From contig JBPCLP010000053.1 of assembly GCA_051003195.1 (NCBI GenBank), positions 32,001 to 96,000 on the forward strand: a DNA stretch of 64,000 nt. The letters are read 5' to 3'. This document shows positions 24,772-34,208 of this stretch, in pieces. The stretch comes from Candidatus Sumerlaeaceae bacterium (GTDB taxonomy: Bacteria > Sumerlaeota > Sumerlaeia > Sumerlaeales > Sumerlaeaceae). The notes below the pieces were generated by a model that had not been told where the DNA came from, ran no database searches, and saw only the letters and a program-made list of their open reading frames with translations. Both the position numbers and the translations under genes were made by a program. The number at the start of each line of letters is the position of its first letter. Within the stretch, counting starts at the first letter, position 1.

Positions 24772-26061
24772 CTAACGCGCTGCGCTATCCCATGCCCAGC
24801 CTCGTTTTTTCCAGTGCGCAACGTCCGCATTTTCCGATAGACGAAGTAGTTGATTATACTTTGCGAGCCGGGACGAGCGGGTGATGGAGCCGATCTTAAT
24901 TTGAGCGGCGCCGGAGCCGACCGCGAGGTCGGACATCGTTGCGTCTTCTGTCTCGCCGGACCGGGCGGAGACGACGGTGCCGTAGCGCGCCTGCCTGGCA
25001 AGCGACATTGCCTGAAGTGTTTCGGTCACGGTACCAATCTGGTTGAGCTTAATCAGAACCGCGTTTGCGACACTGCGGTCGATACCCTGCTGCAGGCGCG
25101 AGGTGTTGGTAACGAAGAGGTCGTCTCCCAGAAGCTGCAATCGTGGACCGAGCCGCTCGGTCAGCAGCTCCCAGCCGTCCCAGTCATCCTCGGCAAGACC
25201 ATCTTCAATGCTGATAACAGGATGTTTATCGGCCAAGCGTTCAAGGTAAGTCACCATCGCACGAGACGTTCGACGCTTGCCATCGGCCTTCATCTGGTAC
25301 ACGCCGTCGGAGTAGAAATGGCTCGCGGCAACGTCGACCGCTATTCCAACAGTGCCGGGCGAAAAACCGGCGTCGCGGATGGAACCGGACAGCAGCACGA
25401 GCGCGGCGGCGTTGGAGGGTAAATTGGGCCCAATCCCACCTTCATCGGCAACAAGCTGCGGGTTGTAGCCGGTTTTCTTCACGCACCGGGAGAGGGCGAC
25501 CTTATAGATCTCGTGTGTCCACTCCAGCGCCTGCATGATCGACTTCGCGCCGTGTGGCACAATCAGGAAATCCTGGAAGTCGAGTTGTCGGCCCGCATGC
25601 AGGCCACCGCTCAGGATGTTGATCATGGGAAGCGGCATACTGGGCTGCCCACGCATCGCTTTAGCAAACAGATGATAAAGCGGCTGATTGGAGGCGGACG
25701 CGAACGCGTGCGCGAAAGCAAGGGAAGCCGCGAGAATGGCATTCGCACCAAAGGTGGATTTGTTCGACGTTCCGTCCAGCTCGATCAGGAAACGGTCGAA
25801 ATCAGCGATGCTGTTAAAACGTCTGCCGGTTGCTTGCGAAGCGATCTGGCTATTCACATTAGCGACGGCTTTCCGCACTCCGAATCCACTGAACCTGGTA
25901 GGTTTAGCATCGCGGAGCTCAAGTGCTTCGTGAGTTCCGGTCGAGGCGCCGCTGGGAGCGATGGAGCGACCTCGCGCACCGTCCAGAATCACTTCGGCTT
26001 CGACGGTCGGTCGGCCGCGGGAATCCAGCACTTCGCGCGCGTAGATGCGTTCAAGCTTCAC
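24772..26061 (-). CDS. eno: Enolase-family protein (divergent active site)
   Basis: DSRGRPTVEAE, SGASTG, DEGG, IEDG, GDDL, KLNQIGT, AKYNQLLR; carries QDF and SARSGE variants. Confidence 0.85.
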   Translation of the reverse strand: MKLERIYAREVLDSRGRPTVEAEVILDGARGRSIAPSGASTGTHEALELRDAKPTRFSGFGVRKAVANVNSQIASQATGRRFNSIADFDRFLIELDGTSNKSTFGANAILAASLAFAHAFASASNQPLYHLFAKAMRGQPSMPLPMINILSGGLHAGRQLDFQDFLIVPHGAKSIMQALEWTHEIYKVALSRCVKKTGYNPQLVADEGGIGPNLPSNAAALVLLSGSIRDAGFSPGTVGIAVDVAASHFYSDGVYQMKADGKRRTSRAMVTYLERLADKHPVISIEDGLAEDDWDGWELLTERLGPRLQLLGDDLFVTNTSRLQQGIDRSVANAVLIKLNQIGTVTETLQAMSLARQARYGTVVSARSGETEDATMSDLAVGSGAAQIKIGSITRSSRLAKYNQLLRLSENADVAHWKKRGWAWDSAAR

Positions 26062-27014
26062 TTCAATGCGTCCAGTCCCTGTGTCCCATTCAGCAGCCGC
26101 GCACCCGTTTCGACGACGACCTTTTTTCCACGTTCATCAAGATACTCGACTGGCGACTTGCCGAGTACGCGGGCCAGCATAAGCGCGCCGAGCACGGGCC
26201 AGAAATCGCGAGGAAGATCAGCACTCAGCTCGTTCAAGTATCCGCCCAGGTAAACTTCGATAAGTTTTAGATAATCAGCGCTTCGCTCTGGCAGACGGAC
26301 GGACTTCAGGTAAAGGTGATTCGCGATGGACGCGACATCGAAGGCGGGGTGGCCAATGTGCCCGACTTCGAAGTCGAGGATGATCACTCTCCCCTGGCTT
26401 ACGAGGAGATTTTTAGGTGTGTAGTCGGCGTGGGTCAGGCTATCTGTAGCACTCATTAGTTCTGCCGCAAGGCGGCGAAGCTCCGTTGCGTATTCCGGAT
26501 GCTGAGCGGCGATAAACAGCACGTATGCATCGACCCGGAGCTGGTAAAAGAACGTTTTGTCGCGCAGGTCTTCCGGCACAACATCGCCCGGAATCTTCTG
26601 CATACGTGCGAGCAGGCGTCCCACCTGCTCAGCGACCTTCATGTCCAGGTGCCCGGCTAACAGCTGCACCTTCCAGTTTTCGGAGTCCAGGGGCGCGGAG
26701 GACATGACGACGATTGCCTGCCCGCGATCCTCGAAAAGCAGCTTCGGGACGTGGTCGGGTCCCAGTTCGGCATGGAGGAGCTGCAGCATCAGCGCTTCGC
26801 GGTGCGCGCGCGCAGGGTCGGAGAACCACTCCTTTTCGACGCGCAACTGCGGAAGAGCCTGTTTAATAACGACGGGTTCCCCGACATGCGGCCACAACCG
26901 GAAAGCGCTACAGGATACTCCACCCGTCAATGGCTCGGTTCGTACGCCATCGACCGATTTTATGAGTCCATGCTCTGCTGCGTAGATGGCTGCGTTTGAG
27001 TCGTCCAGCTTCAT
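26058..27014 (-). CDS. Phosphotransferase (APH/methylthioribose-kinase-like)
   Basis: LTGGVS, VIKQA, HADYTPKNLL, ILDFE; 4-nt overlap with the enolase start. Confidence 0.85.
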   Translation of the reverse strand: MKLDDSNAAIYAAEHGLIKSVDGVRTEPLTGGVSCSAFRLWPHVGEPVVIKQALPQLRVEKEWFSDPARAHREALMLQLLHAELGPDHVPKLLFEDRGQAIVVMSSAPLDSENWKVQLLAGHLDMKVAEQVGRLLARMQKIPGDVVPEDLRDKTFFYQLRVDAYVLFIAAQHPEYATELRRLAAELMSATDSLTHADYTPKNLLVSQGRVIILDFEVGHIGHPAFDVASIANHLYLKSVRLPERSADYLKLIEVYLGGYLNELSADLPRDFWPVLGALMLARVLGKSPVEYLDERGKKVVVETGARLLNGTQGLDALK

Positions 27015-27022
27015 GAATAGCT

Positions 27023-28381
27023 TTAAGGCTTGTCCTTGCGAAGACTGTCCAGATTTTCACGCAGGTAAACCAGCGCTTCGTCGCGCGAAGCAAAACGATT
27101 CTCGAGTTGCTCATCAAACATGCGCTGCAGAATGAGTTTATACTGAGGTCCCGGGATCAGCCCCAGGGCTGTCAAATCGACCCCATTGATGTATGGCTGC
27201 GGCAGGGCGCCCCTGGTAGCTTCGTCTTCGCGCAGCTCTGCCAGTTTTGCGGTCGCAAGTTCGTAGGTGTCCAGATCGTTAAAGCACCCAAGGCAATCTG
27301 CTTTGTGCAGCTCAAGCTCCTCCTGGATGAACGAGGAAGAGAGGAAGCGCCGCATGGTGCTGGTGCGCATATCCGGGAAATCGACAAAGCGCATGTGGCG
27401 CTCGATCATCGCCATGACTTGCTCGCGCAGCTCGTTGGAGCATGCGAGGCGCCGGCAAATGGAATCGGCCATCTCTGCACCAACCTTATGATGGTTGTTG
27501 AAGCGAATCCGGTCAGTGAGCGTTGCAGTAGGCGGCTTGCCGACGTCGTGCAGCAGAGCGGCCATGGCAAGCGCGGCGGACGGCTGGGGGGGCAGGTTGG
27601 CAAGGACGAGCTTCGTATGCTCAAATACGTCTCCCTCCGGATGGAACTGGGGTGGCTGGGCCATGCCTTTCATCGCTTCCACCTCGGGCAGGATGATGCC
27701 GAGCAGACCGCTTGTGTCCAGGAGTTCCAGAAAACGCGCGGGGTTTGCCCGGGTCAGGCCCTTCATCAGTTCGTCTCGCACGCGCTCGGCGCTGACGTGC
27801 TTGACGAGATGCGCGTTGGCTTGAATCGCCGTCCAGGTGCCTGACTCAATTTCGAAATCGAGCGAACTGGCGAAACGCACCGCACGTATGAGCCGCAGTG
27901 CGTCTTCATTGAAGCGGTCCTTAGGCTGGCCGATGCAGCGCAGCAGCCGCGCCTGTAGGTCCTGCTGCCCGCCAACGTAATCGATGACCTCGTTCGTGAG
28001 CGGTTCCAGGTAAAGCCCATTCACGGTGAAGTCCCGCCGGAGCGCATCGTGTTCGGCGTCGCTGTAACGTACGCTGTCCGGCCGACGACGATCGGAGTAG
28101 CCGGTTTCCTCGCGAAATGTCGCGACCTCTGTGTGAATTCCGTCCTGCACCACGATGACGACCCCAAAACTTGCGCCTACCAGGATGGACTTGTGAAAGA
28201 GCGGAATTACCTGGTCCGGTGTGGCGCTTGTCGCGACATCAAAGTCATCCGGCTCGCGACCGAGCAGCAGGTCGCGCACACATCCGCCCACGAGCACCGC
28301 CTGGTAGCCTTGCTGCTTCAGGCGCGCGATTACTCTGGTAGCAGCCGCGGCTGCGCGAGATGTCAGGTTCAGGTTAGTCAT
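27023..28381 (-). CDS. CCA tRNA nucleotidyltransferase / poly(A) polymerase family with HD domain
   Basis: VGGCVRD, DFDVAT, RRDFTVN, EDALRLIRAVRF, HPEGDV, LLHDVGK. Confidence 0.9.
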   Translation of the reverse strand: MTNLNLTSRAAAAATRVIARLKQQGYQAVLVGGCVRDLLLGREPDDFDVATSATPDQVIPLFHKSILVGASFGVVIVVQDGIHTEVATFREETGYSDRRRPDSVRYSDAEHDALRRDFTVNGLYLEPLTNEVIDYVGGQQDLQARLLRCIGQPKDRFNEDALRLIRAVRFASSLDFEIESGTWTAIQANAHLVKHVSAERVRDELMKGLTRANPARFLELLDTSGLLGIILPEVEAMKGMAQPPQFHPEGDVFEHTKLVLANLPPQPSAALAMAALLHDVGKPPTATLTDRIRFNNHHKVGAEMADSICRRLACSNELREQVMAMIERHMRFVDFPDMRTSTMRRFLSSSFIQEELELHKADCLGCFNDLDTYELATAKLAELREDEATRGALPQPYINGVDLTALGLIPGPQYKLILQRMFDEQLENRFASRDEALVYLRENLDSLRKDKP

Positions 28382-28500
28382 TAGGGTAGTGGGCGCGAAA
28401 TCAAAGAATCCAAGGAATCAAAGTACAATCATAGTTTGCCGATTTTGCGGAGGTGTAATCAAAGTTTTGATTTGGGGGACGCGTTTGATTCGATTGGTCG

Positions 28501-28595
28501 TGGGTTTATGGGCTAAGTCGCGCAAGATCCACTAACCACAGAGGCACAGAGACACAGAGCGGGCACAGAGATTTTGCCACAGAACACACGGAATG
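28501..28595. repeat. Interspersed repeat family B (CACAGAG units), copy 1
   Basis: 33-nt GAGGCACAGAGACACAGAGCGGGCACAGAGATT at 28541-28573 is identical to 31887-31919; flanks also similar. Confidence 0.8.
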
Positions 28596-28707
28596 GCCTC
28601 GATTGGCGGCGCGCGTGGGACCGGGATAATTGCGAGGCTGACAGCGGTATTATAAAATTCAAAGACGTAACGGCATCGCGTTGCCCGCTTTCCTAGCGGA
28701 CGCTTGC

Positions 28708-30456
28708 CTACTGCGACACAAGCGCATCGACGGTGGCTTCTGCGGCGGATGACCCGGTGGCGGGTTCGAGGATTTTGAAGTCGCGGTCGATAAGCACGGT
28801 ACGCGGAATGCCGGAGACGCCGTACGGCCCGCCGCGCGCGCTGGGTTTACCAGGCCCGAGCCACAGGTGATGAATGCCAGAGGTGTCCCAGCCGGTCTTT
28901 TTCAGGTGTTTGCGCACGGTATCGACATCATCGTCCACGCTGACGGTAACTATGACGGCTTTGTCTGCCCAGTTACTGGCGTGGCGAATTGCGGCGGCGT
29001 GCAACGCGGCCATGCTTGGCTGGCACGGCCCGCACCACGTCGCCCAGAAATCCAGAATGATGTACTTGCCCTTAAAGTTACTGAGTCGTGCGGGCTGACT
29101 GGTGGCGACGTCGACAAGGTCGAGATCGGGCGCCAGGTCACCCCTCGCCGGCGGAATCATCCGTGTATCACTGAGCAGATCATCGTCGGTCTTGGGGATC
29201 AGGTAGGTAAACAGCTCCTGGTCGCCCACGACGAGGCGATACGCAGATTTACCCGCACGCAGGCCGGTAAGATGGACGGTCGAATCCGCCCCGAGCACGC
29301 CAGACGCGAATGGTATGTTGTAGTATGCCTGCTGGGAAAGGTCCGTCGATACTGTCCATGACTTGCCGCGAAGGTCGCGCCCTGTCGCGGAGGCAATGTA
29401 AATGTTCGCTTTTGCACTTCCGTGTATGAGCGAAAGATCCAGCGGCTGGATGGTTTCTGCGATCGTTGTGGTTACGCCGGACTGAACGACGAGGGGTTCG
29501 TCTGGCCAATTGCCGTACGCGGGCTGCAGCTGGCTATAGACTGGAACGACAGCGCTGTCGGTTGCGCGGAACGAGACGCTGTACGTTCCGGGCGCAATAT
29601 CCGACAGGGTCATGCCGATGGAATCGGTCGAGGTGGTCTCCACGGCTCGCGCGCGCTGGAAAAAGGCGGCAGAGAGGTATCGGAAATTCAGTTTGTCGGT
29701 GGCCGTGGTGTCCTGGCGTTTAAACTCGATGTGGACGGACCCGGGCGCGGGCAGTTCCACGCGAACCGGCGCGTCGCCCCATTCCGCTGGTGCGATGTCG
29801 CGGCTTTCCCATGGGCGCAGGAACCCGGGATGATGAACGAGAACGCGGACGGTTGTGCTGACAGGGTCGGGCAGGCGGAGCGCGAAACGGTCGCCGCCGG
29901 TGCGTCGCACTTCGACCAGGCGCAGCGGTTCGCTGGTATGATTCGATTCGATAGCGGGATTCAGGCTGGACCATGTGATCTCGACCAGTTCCGACCAGCG
30001 GCTGGATCCGCCCGGGCCGAGGCAGACCAGCGGCTGGAGATCTGGCGGCAGTGAGCGTCCGGGCGGCGGGACGAATTCGATTTCATGTTCCTTTCCGGTC
30101 GGGAGCAAAGCCTGGACGCGCGACTGGGTGGTTGGCAAATCGAGCGTGAACCGCGCAGGCGCTCTGCCCCGCGCGCGGAGAAATATGAGATAACGCCCTT
30201 CTGTCACAGCGCCCGGCCAGTCGCCCCTGCACTCGTGTGCATCCAGCTGGATCACGCCGCGAGCATCGGAACTACGCCACGGCGCCAGGAATGAGTAAAT
30301 CGCTTCTTCTTTGCGTGCGGTGGCCTGTGCGCCGGAAACAGGTGCGCCATGCTCGTCCACGACGTGCAGCGGCGGAAAGGTTACCTTTTCCGCCGCGCGG
30401 GAAGTGTTCAGGAAGATTAGCAGGAGGGCGAGTGCGAAGAGTGAGCGAAGGATCAT
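28708..30456 (-). CDS. Secreted protein with C-terminal TlpA-like thioredoxin domain
   Basis: Signal peptide; long beta-rich N-terminal region; DFWATWCGPC and GIP motifs. Confidence 0.85.
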   Translation of the reverse strand: MILRSLFALALLLIFLNTSRAAEKVTFPPLHVVDEHGAPVSGAQATARKEEAIYSFLAPWRSSDARGVIQLDAHECRGDWPGAVTEGRYLIFLRARGRAPARFTLDLPTTQSRVQALLPTGKEHEIEFVPPPGRSLPPDLQPLVCLGPGGSSRWSELVEITWSSLNPAIESNHTSEPLRLVEVRRTGGDRFALRLPDPVSTTVRVLVHHPGFLRPWESRDIAPAEWGDAPVRVELPAPGSVHIEFKRQDTTATDKLNFRYLSAAFFQRARAVETTSTDSIGMTLSDIAPGTYSVSFRATDSAVVPVYSQLQPAYGNWPDEPLVVQSGVTTTIAETIQPLDLSLIHGSAKANIYIASATGRDLRGKSWTVSTDLSQQAYYNIPFASGVLGADSTVHLTGLRAGKSAYRLVVGDQELFTYLIPKTDDDLLSDTRMIPPARGDLAPDLDLVDVATSQPARLSNFKGKYIILDFWATWCGPCQPSMAALHAAAIRHASNWADKAVIVTVSVDDDVDTVRKHLKKTGWDTSGIHHLWLGPGKPSARGGPYGVSGIPRTVLIDRDFKILEPATGSSAAEATVDALVSQ

Positions 30457-30647
30457 GTGTGGGCAGGTCCTGGTTAGTGGTGAGATGCCATAAGAAAGGA
30501 GTTTTACTTAGGGCAGACGCAAGGCTTTCACGCGGGGGCGGGCGGTGGCGTGCGCGTTCTGATTTTCTGTTAGGAGTAATAGGGGTGTTGGCTTTGAGAA
30601 TGGTGAATGTAATCGGGAGAGGACCGGGATCTCCGTCGGGACCAGCG

Positions 30648-31007
30648 TTACTTGCCGAAAATCTTCTTAATGCGGCATGCGCACTTTCGCACCATGCCGC
30701 GTTGCTCTTTCGGCTCACCTGATTCCGGACTTGGCTTAATCATTCTGTCACAATCTGTGTACGTCTCGTCGCCTTGATCGCCGTCATTGCCTATGGATTC
30801 ACAAGGGCAAGCCTCAACAGCTTCGTTTGCTAAGTTTGCCTCTTCAAGAGTTTCTGGCTGACGGAACACATAGCTAACTCCGTCGGGATCGTACCGCTTG
30901 AATACTGTCGGCGCAATTTGTCTGCAGGCGTCGCAGTCCAAGCAGGTGCAGTCGACGTAGTACTTGCCGGGTTTGTTTATCAGATAGCGTCGATCTCTTG
31001 TTGCCAC
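30648..31007 (-). CDS. Ferredoxin (single-cluster type) with C-terminal tail
   Basis: GKYYVDCTCLDCDACRQIAP..ACPCESIG; GTG start. Confidence 0.85.
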   Translation of the reverse strand: MATRDRRYLINKPGKYYVDCTCLDCDACRQIAPTVFKRYDPDGVSYVFRQPETLEEANLANEAVEACPCESIGNDGDQGDETYTDCDRMIKPSPESGEPKEQRGMVRKCACRIKKIFGK

Positions 31008-31195
31008 CCATGCACGTCACAGGCGGGATGTTCTCTACGCAAATATTTTTGAGAGCATTCAGAACCAGTTACCTTAAGACAGTTCAGCGCTGTTTCACCG
31101 GTACTGGGTGATCTCGTTGATGCGTGGTCCTGTACCGCGTTAGTTTAACCAAGCGTGGGCGATCTGCTGGCCCAGCTCCGACAGCCAACTCGTAC

Positions 31196-31783
31196 CTATG
31201 GCGGCGACAAAAACTCTGATACCTTTACCGACACTCCGCGTGCCTGCGAGAGTTTGATCTCGCCTTCGAGCCCAACAGTCAGCGCTTTAGTGTAGTTGCC
31301 TTTTTCGGGCATACGATAGACGTGCACCTGGTTTGCTGCGCAGTCGATCAGCCACACCTCCGGCACACCGTTACGCGCGTACATTGGCAGCTTCACCTGT
31401 CGGTCGAGCTCCATCGAGCTGTCGCACACCTCAACCAACAGCAGGATGTCAGCGGCAAGGGGCTTGCGGGTCTTGTACTTGTCGGCGGCAGGTTTGAGCA
31501 CCAATACATCAGGCTCGGGCTCGTTGCGTGTTCCAAGCGCAACGGGCAGCTGCGAGCCGATAAAGTATTTCCGCGTTCTCTCGTACAAGGCATGAACCAG
31601 ACTCAAAATTACAGATGCGTGCCTGCTGCCCATCGGCGTCACGTGGATGATTTCTCCTTCGATGAGCTCGGTGCGTTCGTCGCGCCCAAACACGCCGCTC
31701 TGCCAGGCGCGCTCGTACTCAGCGACAGTAAACCGGCGGCGTCGTCCGCTGATTACCTGGTCAAGGCTGGGCGAAATGCTCAT
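31196..31783 (-). CDS. Uma2 family (DUF820) putative endonuclease
   Basis: RRFTVAEY, ELIEGEI, EPEPDV, LLVEV, KLPMYARNGVPEVWLID. Confidence 0.9.
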   Translation of the reverse strand: MSISPSLDQVISGRRRRFTVAEYERAWQSGVFGRDERTELIEGEIIHVTPMGSRHASVILSLVHALYERTRKYFIGSQLPVALGTRNEPEPDVLVLKPAADKYKTRKPLAADILLLVEVCDSSMELDRQVKLPMYARNGVPEVWLIDCAANQVHVYRMPEKGNYTKALTVGLEGEIKLSQARGVSVKVSEFLSPP

Positions 31784-31865
31784 TGGTCTAGACTGGCTAG
31801 TACAGCGGAGGGGATCAATTCAATTGTAACCCTATCAAGTTGCTGCAGCGCGATTGGATACGTAT

Positions 31866-31946
31866 TGGGTTTAACGAGCTAAAAACGAGGCACAGAGACA
31901 CAGAGCGGGCACAGAGATTCCACCACGAAGCGTACCGCATGGAATG
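31866..31946. repeat. Interspersed repeat family B, copy 2
   Basis: 33-nt core at 31887-31919 identical to 28541-28573. Confidence 0.8.
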
Positions 31947-31985
31947 AAGTGAAATCAGAGCGGCTGAATCGACGACCGCGATCAG
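31938..31985 (-). pseudogene. Possible 5' remnant of a DUF3368-type PIN toxin
   Basis: Frame overlapping the UPF0175 stop (CTGA) reads LIAVVDSAALISLHSM, like a PIN first strand, then runs into repeat B. Confidence 0.4.
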
Positions 31986-32206
31986 CCCCAGTTCTTCCGC
32001 TCCTGTTCGAGTTGGGCGGCTGGATAGTTAAACAGAGTTCCGCCCGCCTGGCCAAACATGCGGATATAATCCGGGTATGGGATCTCCAACATTTCGGCCG
32101 CCTTACCCGCCGAAATGTAGCCACTTTGATGAAGCCACATCGCCAAATGCTGGCGGGCGTCCTCCAAGGGCACCTCGGGCGGCAATTCCATTTCGAGCTT
32201 GCTCAT
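31982..32206 (-). CDS. UPF0175 family protein (putative antitoxin)
   Basis: LAMWLHQSGYISAGKAAEMLEI helix-turn-helix signature. Confidence 0.8.
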   Translation of the reverse strand: MSKLEMELPPEVPLEDARQHLAMWLHQSGYISAGKAAEMLEIPYPDYIRMFGQAGGTLFNYPAAQLEQERKNWG

Positions 32207-32298
32207 ACCTGTGAGAAAACAGTTCCCACAGGATTTTGTTTCATCAAAGTACTCGTCATGCCCTTAGAAAATGCGAGGTGCCTAAAAAAGGTTCGATC

Positions 32299-33408
32299 TT
32301 ACACCCCAGTCGGCACTCCGCCGCCGTCATCGCCGCCGCCGAGCAGCCCCATCATCTTTTCGCGCATTTCGCTCGGATAATGGCAGCGTTCCAAGCAGAC
32401 TTCTCCACTGATCATGCCGCGCTTGTAGAGGTTGATCAGGTAATCGTCCATGGTGATCATACCCTGCTTGGCGCTGGTCTGGATGGTGGAGATAATGCGG
32501 TTGGTTTTCTTTTCACGAATGAGATTTGCCACGGCGGGCGTGTTATGCAGAATCTCATAAGCAGCCACGCGACCACGCCCGCTTGCTTTTGGCAGCAGGG
32601 TCTGCGCGATGACCGTCTTGAGCGCGACGGACAGCACGGCGCGTATCTGCTCCTGCTGATTGGTGGGGAATGCGTCGATGATTCGGTTAATGGTTTCCGA
32701 CGCCGAGATCGTATGGAGCGTCCCGAAAACCAAGTGGCCGGTTTCAGCCGCCGTGATGCCGGCTTCCATGGTTTCGAGGTCTCGCATTTCGCCGACGAGG
32801 ATTACGTCTGGATCCTGTCGCAAAGCGCCGCGCAGCGCGTAGGCGAAACTCGGGGTGTCGACGTGCAGCTCACGGTGCGTGACGATGGCGCGCTTGTGCG
32901 GATGCGTGTACTCCAGTGGGTCTTCGATGGTGATAATGTGACAGTAACGATCCGAGTTAATAAAGTCGATCATGGTCGCCAGGCTGGTTGTCTTGCCCGA
33001 ACCGGTCGGACCGGTGACCAGCACGAGTCCGCGATGCGCCATTAACACTTCCATGATGGAGTCTTTGGGCAGACCGAGCTGCTCGAATGTGAGAATGCGC
33101 GAAGGGATAAGCCGCATCACGATGGAGATATTGCCGCGCGCCCGGAACACGGCACAGCGGAACCGCGCCATGTCGCTATAGGCGTAAGCGAAGTCGGCAC
33201 CGCCCTGCTCCTGCAAAGACTGCTGGTAGCGCGGCGGCGTAATTTCGCGCATCAGGCGGTCGGAATCCTCCGGCGTGATCACGTCCGGATCCACGATATC
33301 GAGACCACCATGCAAACGCATAACAGGTGGTTTTCCGACGGAGATGTGCAGGTCCGAGCCCTCGCGCTCGACGACCAGCTTCAACATCTCGTTCATTTCC
33401 ATTGCCAT
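32299..33408 (-). CDS. pilT: Type IV pilus retraction ATPase
   Basis: GSDLHI, GPTGSGKTT, TIEDPLE, LRQDPDVILVGEMRD, AETGHLV, ANLIRE. Confidence 0.9.
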   Translation of the reverse strand: MAMEMNEMLKLVVEREGSDLHISVGKPPVMRLHGGLDIVDPDVITPEDSDRLMREITPPRYQQSLQEQGGADFAYAYSDMARFRCAVFRARGNISIVMRLIPSRILTFEQLGLPKDSIMEVLMAHRGLVLVTGPTGSGKTTSLATMIDFINSDRYCHIITIEDPLEYTHPHKRAIVTHRELHVDTPSFAYALRGALRQDPDVILVGEMRDLETMEAGITAAETGHLVFGTLHTISASETINRIIDAFPTNQQEQIRAVLSVALKTVIAQTLLPKASGRGRVAAYEILHNTPAVANLIREKKTNRIISTIQTSAKQGMITMDDYLINLYKRGMISGEVCLERCHYPSEMREKMMGLLGGGDDGGGVPTGV

Positions 33409-33532
33409 GGGGCAAAACGCCTTTCCAGTTCAGGGCAGTTGTGTAAAATTGATGAAGGTAATTCCTAACTTCTGCTGAGTGTATCGCAACAAAGAAAACT
33501 ATAGCCGAGTTCTTCTTTAACGCTGGTGGCTA

Positions 33533-33934
33533 TTAACGGATAAAAAGCACCTCGCAAATCCTTCCTTCCGCAAGTGCATCAAATTCATGATGATCAGAGG
33601 TCACTACAGGGGCTCCCAAATGCTGAGCGAGCGCGACGCAAAAGCAATCGGCAAAAGCAATTCGTCCGCGTGCCTTTAACTGTCCAACCTGCTGCAAGAA
33701 GCTTCGGCTAATGTCGCGCCGTACAGCTATTCCGTCGCCTTCAAGATCGCGTAAGGCACGTTTTGCCGTACGTTCGTCCGAATTCCTGAAAAGGTCATAG
33801 TAAACCTCGCACAGGTTTACTGCATGAGCCAAGCACTCGTGACTGGCATCGCGCAGTAGTGCCTCAACCACCTCGGCACCAGTTTCGTTCTTCAGGTATG
33901 CTAACATTGCGCATGCATCGAGAACGTGCTTCAA
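33533..33934 (-). CDS. PIN-domain (VapC-like) toxin
   Basis: VLDACA, NLCEVYY, FADCF, VTSDHHEF. Confidence 0.9.
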   Translation of the reverse strand: MKHVLDACAMLAYLKNETGAEVVEALLRDASHECLAHAVNLCEVYYDLFRNSDERTAKRALRDLEGDGIAVRRDISRSFLQQVGQLKARGRIAFADCFCVALAQHLGAPVVTSDHHEFDALAEGRICEVLFIR

Positions 33935-34155
33935 TTCAGGCGCGAATCCTCCGCCGCGATCTCTCTCTGCTTTTGCCGGGCGAAGTCTTCGCTTGTGCCT
34001 CGAACGTGCGCGTATTTGCCCCTGGCAGTAGGCCGAATGGGTGTACCCGAAGTACGTGAATTGCTGGTCCTGGCGCGCGATGGCGTCTGCGAAGATTTAT
34101 ACGGAACGGAGCGCTCCGCAATTCCATCTGCAAGCTTTCTGCCGGATCGTTTCAT
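33931..34155 (-). CDS. Putative antitoxin of the VapC-like toxin
   Basis: Small basic ORF with 4-nt overlap onto the PIN gene; C-terminal ARGKYAHVRGTSEDFARQKQREI. Confidence 0.55.
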   Translation of the reverse strand: MKRSGRKLADGIAERSVPYKSSQTPSRARTSNSRTSGTPIRPTARGKYAHVRGTSEDFARQKQREIAAEDSRLN

Positions 34156-34208
34156 TTTACTTATTACCGCACCCGTGCGACAATATTGAACTTCCGGAAG
34201 GATGCCTC

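Noticed and set aside
28501..31946. Block between family B repeats as a prophage or composite transposon
   Set aside because: No integrase, transposase or phage genes inside
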